Source of the DNA: Hydrurus foetidus
Taxonomy: Eukaryota
Length of the DNA: 20,000 nucleotides
Assembly (NCBI GenBank): GCA_900617105.1
Contig: UYFQ01000460.1
Coordinates: 59,535-79,534 of the forward strand
Reading direction: 5' to 3'
Position numbers and translations under genes: made by a program. The notes beneath the pieces are model-generated. The model was not told the origin of the DNA. It saw only the letters and a program-made list of their open reading frames with translations, and ran no database searches. Of the stretch, positions 9,777 to 20,000 are shown one piece after another. The stretch's first letter is position 1. Every line of letters begins with the position of its first letter.

Positions 9777-10969
9777 AATTCGAAGTGTGGGATTTAAATG
9801 TTTTAAGAAATAAATTAGAATAAAGTAGTCTAATCTAGTAGACGTTCTGTTCTGTTCTGTGCCGACAAAGTTAAAATCTTAAGTTTCATATATAACCTTG
9901 TCGTAACATCATGCCGCGTTTCGTCAATATATTGCTGTACGGCAGCCCCATTCAAACTTTTTGTCGTATACGCTACCATCAATATCTGTAAGCGACAATG
10001 TCGAAAAGGGTCTTAGAACTCAATTTTGGACGTAATTTGACATTATTTTAAATACATATTGTCTCGTTTCTATCTTTCCTGTTTAGCAAGGTTTGGGATA
10101 TAATCTCATTTCGCCTCAAAGCCCTCACTCAACTATCACCTTCACACATGGAGATGAGGTGCCTTGCTGTGTGAAACAGTGCGGTACTGTGCTGTAGCGA
10201 ATCTGACGTGCAGAGTCCTTGGGTCTTACTTGACGTCTGTAGACCCTAGGCCCTTCACATTCCAGACCCAATTAGAATTTAGAATTGTTTGGTTTCTGCA
10301 TACACCTCGCACTTCTATGTCGCAATGCATAGACACAGTGGCAGTGATCCACTGGGTGGGTAGCGGTATGACTTCATCCAGCAGCAGAAGCAGCAACGTG
10401 GCGCCAGTTTAGAGTCATTCCTGCTGAGAACACTGCAGTGTCACCGAGATAGATACGATCTTGCGAGAACAAGTCACTCAGTCTCTCTGTACAGTTGCAG
10501 CACTGTTCATTTCTCCCTTCTGATGACCATGCTGTAGACCGGATAAACACCGTACGTAGACGAAAGAAAGACTTGATTTCTTTTCAAAATTAGGAATTAA
10601 ACGCACATATGCGTCTTCTAGTGATTGGGTTACTTGTCGACTATAGTAGCTCAATTTTAATTGTCACAGAATAGGATTGCATATTACGTTACGCTAAGTA
10701 TAGGCGCGGTGGGAGGGGAGGAGTCTACGAAGTAGGAGAGGGGAAAGAAGGGAGACGGAGAGAAGAGACGTGCTGTGCCGGGATAACATTGTGGTGTGTG
10801 CCTTAAAGTAATGACATTTTCCACTTGTGGCCTGAGTTCATTAAAACGGGTAAACGTAAATAACTAAAAAAATCATCTATAGTGGCTGTAAAGACATTTA
10901 TTCAAAGAGGAAAAATGAGAAACAAATAATTGCTGCGTATTTCAAGTCCAAGTCAAGCTTCCGAATTAA

Positions 10970-13900
10970 TCAAGGTTTGGCAGCTAATCCTCCTTTCTTT
11001 GATTTGAGAATGGATTTTAGGTCCTGATGGTGCAATGCAGTGCATTGGAGAGAGAAGAGGGTCAGTCAGTCTCAGCTATTGAAAAACGGAAGGGGAGGGG
11101 GATGACGATTCTGTGGAGAGGAGAGACTATTGATTACGGATTAGTTCGAAGATTTAGACAGCGATTGAGACAGATAACGAATTGAAGGGGACTAGGTGAT
11201 TGAAGTTACAAGTATCGAGTTGGTATAGATGACAGTTTGCTTCAGCAGTTGGAGATGCTGTCAGTGAGCTGTGCTGTTGTGTTGTACCTTGTATCGCACG
11301 TACTCATCCACTACCGGTTGGATGTCATCGTAGGACATCACGGGTCGGCTGTGCTGCTTGTTGAAGTCCCTAGGACGATGGGAATAGTAGTGGAGGTGAG
11401 CGGCTTGATGGGAGGGAGATAATTATGGTGCTTAGGTAATGAACAAAAAGAAGAAAGGGAGATGACAAAAACAGAAAGATAAAAAAATTACTGGCAAAAA
11501 GTGCTACGCGTATTCTAAGACATGGGTAGCTATTACAATCTACGTCAGAAGTTGCAATGGTAGCAAGATCTGTTACTAGTCCAGTACGTACTTTTCATAC
11601 GTCTTCAAAAAAACATGCAAGTCATTGATGTCCGAGTGAAGTTTCTTTAAGTCTTGGTCACTTTCAGCCCTAAAGGGATGCAAAGGAATGGATGTAGAGA
11701 TGGGTGAAGGTAAAGAGTTTAGCGAGGAGGAATTCATCCCACACAGTATCTGGTATATTAGGCGGACTGGTAAATTAAATTTTTAGATAGTGCTAGTGAG
11801 GAGTTCTGAGTGCACACCATTCACTGTCCCTCTCACATCACCCTTTCTCTCATTCTCACTCACTCATCTTTATTATCCCACTCCCTCACCTTTCTATTGG
11901 GGGTACTACATTAGAAGAATACGTAGTAGACGCAGGAGACTTCAGCAGAAAAGAGGAAAAGGGATCCGACCCTAATCCGGACCCCACACTGCCCTGAGGT
12001 ACGTCAGAAGAAGGGGTCAAGGAAGAGGATTGGGATTTCACGGTCCCAGGTCCGGTCTCGACTCTTCTAGTGTGTTGTGAGCTTCCTGAAGTTCTTGGCA
12101 AGGAACCTACGGCAGACCCAGCTGCAGCGTTGGCAGTCACCTTGTCAGGATCTCCTCCATCTTCTGAGAACAATGGGATCAGTCCGTACTTCTTCTCAAT
12201 CGATCCTTGCAAGGTATCTAGCTCTCCTCTCACTTCGTGATATCTCTGGTACAAGGGCCGCATGACCTAGTATGGGAGTGATTCAAATGATGAGGTGATA
12301 AGCGTGCAAGTGATCGAGGGAATGGATGACATGATGTGGTTGTGAAGATGATGAAGAACACCCTCCCCACCTCCCACCTCTCGTTCCATTACCCTGTGAT
12401 CGCTACAGACACTGAGATTGTTTCCAGTCATACTTCTGCATCACAGATATCCCGTATCTCACAATATCTAAGTCAACTATCCGGTAAGAATCTGTAGAAG
12501 GATCTTGGATCCAATTCCAGAATGATACAGCGGTACGTACGTACACATCAAAATAAACAAAAAATCGTGATGTTCTGCTCCACCGCACGGACGTACCTCT
12601 TTGTCTGTTTTCTTGGGCGCTCTCCCTTTTTCTTTTGAGAACTGCTCATCGAAAGATTTTAATTTCTTCTTTATGTCTCTTTTCTGTTCTAGCAATGTTC
12701 TGTACCTCCTGTACATCTCGTACGGTATCATGGTCCCCGCCAAAAACTGAAGATTCGAAGTGGATACACTACCGTCGTCTTGACGGGTGGTTGATGAGTA
12801 GCTCACTTCATCTTTTGAATCTCTGTAAGAGTTGCGAGATAATACCGACTGATCACTGTTCTCCTGTGTGGTACTAATATTCATGTTCACGCTCATGGTG
12901 GATGTGTTGTGTGCGCTGTCTATCTTGTAGGGGGAGGAGCTCTTGTTCTCTACAGTGCACGTGCCCTCTCCCGTGTCCATCGAGTCGCCCCCTGCCAGAT
13001 CTGACAGTCAGTGAATATCAGCAATGTGAGTAGTTGGTATGTGGGTAGTTCTGTGTTATGTCGCGCTGTGATGAGTCTATTCTGTTACGAAGACAACTGC
13101 TGGTTCGATGTGCATCCATGTTAATGCGTGGAATAGAGTGTAACAGCTTTCGTGTACGTACACAATTCACTCCACAATAAACCGATTCAGGAAAAGGATA
13201 GCATCAGAATGTGATGTATCAGTGAAAGGTGCACGCATTTGAATACATGGAAAACCAATGCAATGCAATTCACTGAAGGAGTGGGCTTACTTACCTGACA
13301 TGGTGCGGTCAAAAGAAGAGGAGAGCCCTTGGGGAAAGGAGGAGCCCTCCGTAATCTTCCGGCCAGAAACCCCTTTCGTCCCCGCCCCCATTACCCCATC
13401 CCCAGATGACCCGGGGGCGAGTAGCATCCCGCTGAAGCGAGATAGATGAGACCGCACCTTGAAGCCCCTCGCACATCTCTGAATGTCCACTGCAGCATCA
13501 TCCCTGATGACTCGTTTCATCTCTTTGTATCTGGTGTAGAATATTTGCATGTCTCCTCTTTCCACATCCTGTGAAATTCAAAATGACGTATTGCATGGCA
13601 TATCAGATCACAAAGGCGAGAAGATGATTCGGAAGATCAGCTTAGGCGAAGAGGAAGGTGTCAAACCAGAGACAAGGGTGGGAAGAGAGAGAGAGAGAGA
13701 GAGAGAGAGTGTGTGTTCTATTAGTATCAGTACTTCTCTTGATGCGAAATAAAAGTAATAATAACTGAATTGCTGCATCCCGTGCTCCTTCAAAAATTAC
13801 ACACTACACTATCACCAGACTGCTCGTATTGTGATGGAGCAGATTGATTAAATACTTTTTCAGTCTCACAAAGGATAGTGAGTTTGCTGAATGTAGCACT

Positions 13901-16900
13901 TCACACATCATTCCATCTAATCTTAAAGCTCTTGATTCCAATACAGACACATATAGCTTTCGTATTAACAGAACATTCGATTCTGCTCAGAATAAAGACG
14001 TACGTTACTGTGCTGTGTGTATAGTACATAGTGCCTTATGAGCACAGCTACTAGAAGCAGTAGAAGAATTCTTAGTTCTTATCAGCAGATGTGTCACACC
14101 TCACTGCATAACCAAGCTTCACTCCACTTAAAAATTAATGAAGGGTCACATCCGTCACAAAAAAGTACATCGGTGTAAAGAAATGTATGTAATCTGACCT
14201 TCACTGGCTCTCCATGTTTGTTGTTCCAGCTTCTCTCAAATCCCAAAATAAAGCCCCTTAGGTTCTTACACTGAGTGACTCTAGCCCGCCTAGTGCCCTT
14301 CTCCCTCACTACCGATGTGCTCCTGAAGAAACTCTCCCCTATCTCCGGCACTATCGGTCTGTTGAATCCTCTGTTCTCCCCTAGGTAGTCGGAGAGGGAC
14401 CCCTTGCTAGGAAAGACTCTGGACCCTTGATTCTGATTCACATTCTGTGCGTCATCGCATACCATAGGAGAAATGACGGGAGATATAGGGGAGATAAAAG
14501 CTGTCTCTGAGAGCGATGTCTTTATATGCAAGGATGTGGACGTGCCCTTCGACCCCTTCTTAGATGCGTCACTATCAGACCCTGGAACTCTCTGCTCTTT
14601 CTGCGCCTCTACCCCTCCTTCTCCCCCAGGGTTTGCCCCCCCTCCCCCTTCTCCTCCTCCGGTGTACTTCCTGTTGGCACCGTTAGCAGTCCTGTTCACC
14701 TCTTCAGTTGCAACGGTTGATTCTGATTCGCTGGAACGTTCTTGAAATCCATCACCCGCTATGAAAGAATTCACACGTACTTGCAGTAGAGATTTGAATA
14801 TCTGTGGTTCAATTCAATTCATTTTAATGCAAGGTGGTCTGTCAGAGCATTGTATTGAGAGACAGAGAGTGGTAAAGCTGTAACGTATTCATCACAATCT
14901 TTCGTCGCTTACTTTTACTCATGTGACTGATAGGACATTGAGAGGAGTCAAATAACATCCAAATACACTGTATGGAAAGTTCAATGCCGATTCTGCAGTG
15001 CAAAAAGAGCAGCGGTGATGAATGTCGTTACCTTCCATTCCCATGAGTTAGTATTTATGGCGCTGGCTGGAGGACTCTGTTACAAGATTTCACAATGTTA
15101 TGGTGTCATGAGGAAAAGGGAAGCACGGATATATGATAAAGAGAGGCGATGGTATGTGTTCAGTATGGAAGACATTGATTTGGATTACGCGGTAATAGGG
15201 GGGTGGGCAGGTTGCTAAGTAATTTTAAAAGTCTCTATCCGTAAGTTCTCTGATGTGGCATCTGTCTAAAGCGATGTCAACCCTCCCTGCCTCTCTCCCT
15301 CACTATCTCCATTGCTCCTGTTCTCAGTTACTATCTTCTCTTCTCTTCTCTTCACTTCTCCACTTTAGTTCTGTTCTCGCAGCAGTGTAAGAAGCAGTTT
15401 ATCGCGTGTAGTAAAACGCCAACATAAATAATCACCACAAGAAAACTAAAAAAATAAGAAGGATCCCCCTATTACCTGTGTCGAGTCTTCCACATTATAG
15501 CCGGGGGAATATACGTTATGTCCGGCAGACCCGTTAGCCGCATAATAGTCAAGGTCACCATCCCCTTGGTATCCATCATTAATTCCGTTTATAGGGAAGA
15601 AATGAGAGTCCACATCTCTGTTGGAATTCGGTGAAGTGATCAACTGTGACAGGTTCTTCCGCAGTTTGTTGATGTTGATTGCGTTGCTGCCGAGAGCATT
15701 GGAAGAAGCTGAACAAGAGTTCTCATTGCGAAATGTAGGTAGCTGCAAATTGTATACACTCTCTCCACATCCTTGTAAGGAGTTCATGGAGGAGTATGTG
15801 GAGTTCAGGCTACTCGCATCAGAGGGCTGATTGGATACTCTAGTCTGGGGAACAGATTTTAGGTGGTCAGAAAATACATCGCTCTGGTGCTCTACGAGAA
15901 AAGCAACGACAGGACGTATCTTCCGAAGATCCTGTGTTTAATATGTAATGTGAGGTCAATTAGTGACAAGTCATATTGAAGGGTTTTGAGAATACGTAAG
16001 GGATTGGGACGACAAGGTGGGTTGCGAAGAGGATGTGTCATGCAGTCATGAGAGTGTTTCATCGTTGGTTAGAAGTATGGAAGACAGTAATGATAGTAAT
16101 GTGTTATCTGCAAATAGAGTAGCCGTAGGTGACTTAGGGTTAAGTAGCTAAGGATAGTGAATATTTGGTTTGCTGACCTCCATGTGCCTGATGGACATGT
16201 AGGCGCTGTTCTCCCTCCGACAGAGATAAGGGGCGATATAGTACGCCAGCTGCATCGCGTTAGAGTCGTTACCACCCACGGTTGCAATGCGTTGCAGAAG
16301 AGCAAACAATGTGCGAACCTTGTAGCATGTGTGGCAAGATTGGGAGATAGTTAGAGTAGGAATACAACTGAAATGCCTGCGAGAAACGACATCAATTACT
16401 GAAACAGAAGATTCCAGCATTGCACTCTGAAGACAGTGCTGAAATGTAGCTTGTCATTCTGGGGCGCTGCGATATTTCACTCACCAACTCGAAACGATCT
16501 TGAGGAAGTTTCACCAACCAGTTCTGAACAGTAATTCTGCAGTGAACAGAATCTTCACTTATCTCCGTTGATAGAATATCTTCGTACACTTCAAATAGCG
16601 GCGAGGGGTTTAGTTCCTTGAGAGTCTTTTGAAGAACTCCAGTTACAATGTGTGGGTCGGATTCGTTGCGTATTCTACTTGAGCCACCTTCATAATAAAG
16701 TGACAAAATATGTTCCAAATTAGAAAAGAAGTAGGTGGAGGACCCCAGTGACATCCATAAGGCCTTCTTCAATTATCGCTATTGATCACCGTTCACGTCG
16801 CGTGAGCAGATCTGGAGATAAAATTACCTTGGTAAGTCATCTGTGTCTGCAGGAGACGGACATCAGTGAGGGATGCTGGGGAACGGAAAAGGCCTTTTTC

Positions 16901-16999
16901 AAAAACGAATCGATCGTTGATATATGATATGCAGCTGTGGCAAATTTCTATACTGCGTTCATTGACAGGTCTCAGCGCAGAAGACGCTGCGCTCGCCAT
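10970..16999 (-). CDS. FAM13-like: RhoGAP-domain / FAM13-like protein with IQ motif, 12 exons, 962 aa
   Basis: Exons 16999-16828, 16687-16485, 16318-16178, 15931-15476, 15076-15032, 14801-14199, 13568-13295, 13000-12597, 12266-11890, 11669-11592, 11369-11288, 11023-10970. All GT-AG, total 2889 nt in frame. RhoGAP motifs: KGLFRSPAS, DPHIVTGVLQKTLKEL-PSPL, KLP...LFALLQRI, LAYYIAPYL. FAM13-type motif: KRDIKKKLKSFDEQFSKEKGRAPKKTDKEVMRPLYQRY. IQ motif: AAVDIQRCARGFKVR. Confidence 0.9.
13684..13715 (+). repeat. (AG)13 plus short (TG)n microsatellite in intron 6 of the RhoGAP gene
   Basis: Read directly from the sequence. Confidence 0.9.
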
Positions 17000-17762
17000 T
17001 CTACAAAAATCGAGGCACAAGATTTCCTACAAGTCGCACAAAATAGGGCAATTCTGTCTGAGCATTCAAAACGATCGAATACGACAAGTCGATAGCGAAT
17101 TCGGCCTTACTGGCCCGAGGGCTCGTGTGGGTATAGGTGCTAGAACGAGAAATCGGAGATGGCAAGGCAGCGCGAAGACTGGTCTAAGCTCTAAGGTCGG
17201 GTCGCGCATGAACGTCATTTCCACCTCGTCTACGGTATATACCGGAAATACGGCTACGGGTAACCCCCTTGCTACTGGTACTTTCACTCCCCAGTGGCCA
17301 ACACTGATGGATGTTGGAGGGAAACTGCCCCAGTCGAAACGCTTGCACCAGTACCCCGGTTTCTGCAGCGCATTATACATCCTGGAAATAGTAGCTGTCA
17401 GAAATAGACTCGGAAAGAGGGTTCATTTCTACGACGGTCTGCTGATATATTTTGAGTAGAAATTGACAAAATACGATGGGTGATGCAGATTATCTCGCAA
17501 GGAAACATCGAATGAACTTATTTTCTTCCAAATTGAACAGGCATCACAATATGTTAAGCGGTGAAAACTCATTTCAGCTGAAAATCGTCAAATGAATTCG
17601 ATGCTATAATAGAGACAAATCAATGACAAGTGCGGTAGATCATTGAAGTGATAACAACCGCCGATCTATCACATGAAATGTTGAGGACCAACAGAGAAAT
17701 AAAACATCACTCAATCGATGGTACTCAATAAGTTACAATAAAACAAAAAATCAATAAGAAAC

Positions 17763-17966
17763 TGTGACCCGAACACCCGTACGGGCTGTACGGGTACAGG
17801 CGTACGTCCGGGTCGGATCGAGGACGATCCGATACACACGATTCATTGCCATGATATCTGCTCTGTTTACCTGTAAGCTAACCACATTGCTATCATAGCA
17901 CTAGCCCCACAGCATCTTCCCTTTGTCCACGCGCCCTCAGACCTCCGCAGACCTAGCAAGGCCACA
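17763..17966 (+). repeat. Putative 5' LTR of element B (~204 bp)
   Basis: Terminal inverted repeat TGTGACC...GGCCACA (6/7 match), length similar to LTR A, same motif order. An alternative 3' end is at CTTCA 18001. Confidence 0.6.
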
Positions 17967-18508
17967 ATACCGCTATTTGGAACCAACTAGGATCTCCTTC
18001 AGAGACCAGTTGCCAAAATCAACAAAAAACCTTGCCGCGACCGTCAAACAGTCGTGCCAAGCAAAAGCGAGTAACTTTTTTAAGTGAAAACAACGTCCAA
18101 CGACACTACAAAGGCTCTGTCAAATCGACAGCCTCCAGAACGCCCTCGTTTAGAAGTTCGTCCCGACGACTTTTAACGACATCTCCTCGAGCTCTTCAGA
18201 AAACGAAGGCCGACGAAAGAGAGTAACTTGCAAGCACGAGAAACCAAACAAATCATTTCTAGAACGAAAGCTCCAACGCGTACACCTAACTTCGTTGCCC
18301 ACGAAGCTGTCCAACACCCCCAACTTTCGACGCGATTTCCTCCCGAAATCGCACGAAAGTAATCCAATCCCCGTGACTTCTACTATCACACTCTTAACCT
18401 ACCAGTCTCCATCCCTGAGGAACCTACTCCTCATTTCCCTAAATCACCGCGTCCGAGTTCCGTGAAGACGCTCAGTTCCATCCAGATAAGTTCCGACCAA
18501 AATTCACG

Positions 18509-20000
18509 ATGACAAAGAGCCAAAAAGACAAGAGACAGAGCTCTAGCTCGATCACCTTCAGCTCTTCGCTTCTAGAAGATGAACGCCTAACCCTCAAATG
18601 GGAAAAGGAACGTCTCAAACAAGTCGCCAAGCGGTGCGAGGCAAATATCGCAGCTTCGACGGCGGCGCTCAGTCAAAAAGCCATCAAGGCTACAGACACT
18701 GAAAGCCGCATCGAAGACGAACAAAAAGCCCACAAGGCAAAACAAGCCGAGAGGCATAACACGCGCATGGCAGAGCGCAAACGTCTCTCCATATTGGAGG
18801 GCGAGACAGAAGAAAAGGAAAAAACAGACGATCATCAAAGTCTTTCCGAATTCATGTCGATCACGGGCGAGGTCGTTTCACACCGTGAACCCGCCACCTT
18901 ATCACTGGGCCACCTCGACAACATCGACAAAAAGGAAAACCAAACTGGCAATCCGACCCAACAGAATGACGAGGAGGGAGACGGCGATAAGGACGATCAA
19001 ACAGCCGACGGCAAAGTGACATCGGACTCCCACCCTGAATCAGACAAAGAGGACGGGGAGACGAGGACGAGGACGATGAAACCTACAACGAACCCTCATC
19101 GGATGAAGGTAGTCAAGTCCCGTCCGACTCCGAAGATCCGTTCACAGCCAAACTCGACACCCACAAGCCCGCAGAGGCCAAACCACCTGCCAAAAGACGC
19201 TCCCCCCGAGTAGTCAAACCCACATCAGAGCAACCACCCTCAAACAGCACGGCCAAACCTGCCAAACGCACTGCTAAAGCACCAGCGAAAAAGGTCCCGG
19301 CTTCGAAACCGAAGGCCATGGAGAACCCTGTACGCAAACGCAAAACAGAAGAGGCGGGCATCGAACAACCCCAACGCAACCAAATCCCGCGTCACCAAAA
19401 CATGACGACCTCCCTCTTTAACATGAAGGAGGCGTTCTACATGGGTAGGGACGTACTGTTGAAGGACATGGACGGGTCCGCCCGCCTGTTCTACCAACAG
19501 GCACACCGCCCTGGTTTCAGCGCGGGTTGGCAGTCGCTGATAGAGGATGAGGCACTCGACACCATTCGTGATGGACTCTTGCAAAATACGAAGCTCGTCG
19601 GCTACACCCCCGCCCAATGTATGGCGTGGCCGGAGTTACCGGATGGGAAGCTAACTCTGAAAGAAATGGCAGAAGATCTGAAAACAATCTACTTCATTAA
19701 CAGACGTACGCAATCCACATACGACTTCGACCTCAAACTGCGGAGATTTCAGTTCAAATTCAGTTGGCTGAACGGTGCACTGGTACACACTTCCATCGCC
19801 GCGTTCCGCGACATTATCCTGGGGTTCTACAACAAGCATGACAACATCGATACTGATCGCCAGGACGATATCTGCAAGATATTCTACAAAAAGCTTCCAC
19901 CAGGCAACAAGTTCACTGAAAATTTCATGGACTTGACCAAAGTGGCAGCCAAAGAAAGGAAAAAGGACAACATCAGGGAAATGCTCGCCCGTCTTGTCAT
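18509..20000 (+). CDS. gag: Gag-like protein of element B with one -1 frameshift near 19058 (partial)
   Basis: ORF 18509-19213 shifts at GACGGGGAGACG into a frame open from 19039 to the window end (DEDEDDETYNEPSSD...ARLFYQQAHR...LTLKEMAEDLKTIYF...YNKHDNIDTDRQDDICKIFYKKLP). This is colinear with Gag A (AIEFYEQAQR...LSVTQVATLVVEYF...YERSKGPLTETQHAELIQILEKRLA). Confidence 0.75.

Larger units (their letters stand above)
17763..20000 (+). mobile_element. LTR retrotransposon B (5' part: LTR, leader, gag), related to element A, continues beyond the right edge
   Basis: Abrupt compositional change at TGTGACC (17763). LTR motifs are shared with element A. There is a ~540-nt leader and an intron-less A/C-rich ORF whose later part aligns by eye with Gag A. 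Confidence 0.82.

Noticed and set aside
9341..10412. Short ORFs between the convergent genes
   Set aside because: No recognisable motifs or consistent splice structure, and partly simple repeats.
13288..13297. U1 snRNA-like TACTTACCTG
   Set aside because: It is the reverse complement of a splice donor of the RhoGAP gene.
14842..14895. Intronic C/D-box pair on the minus strand (GTGATGA...CTGA)
   Set aside because: Only ~54 nt, with no terminal stem and no convincing rRNA guide complementarity.
17978..17992. TGGAACCAACTAGGA as a tRNA primer-binding site
   Set aside because: Not adjacent to a CA end, spacing does not fit a tRNA acceptor/T-arm complement, and it is absent from element A.
1..20000. 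Elements A and B as the two ends of one composite element carrying the host genes
   Set aside because: They point outward in opposite orientations and their LTRs share only short motifs, so independent insertions are the simpler explanation.

Overview
Eukaryotic nuclear DNA with short GT-AG introns. The lineage is probably a protist, with a stramenopile such as a chrysophyte as my inference from gene style, not proven. A host gene island is bracketed by the 5' ends of two related, outward-pointing LTR retrotransposons. Element A (minus strand, 2751->1) has a short LTR, a frame-disrupted gag with a CCHC knuckle, and a retropepsin-like protease running off the window. Element B (plus strand, 17763->20000) has a short LTR and a homologous gag with one frameshift and a long acidic/basic N-terminal extension. 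Between them lie three genes: (i) an uncharacterised coiled-coil gene with a spliced CxCxxC last exon (minus, ~4322-2917); (ii) a 7-exon, 611-aa ankyrin-repeat gene ending in an F-box/PRANC-like helix (plus, 6176-9105); (iii) a 12-exon, 962-aa RhoGAP + IQ + triple FAM13-repeat gene (minus, 16999-10970). The most interesting signals are the shared LTR motif order of the two elements with no tRNA-type TGG primer-binding site (a palindrome or near-palindrome AATA[G/C]CGCTATT instead), the ANK plus terminal F-box-like architecture, and an intron flanked by an 8-bp direct repeat.
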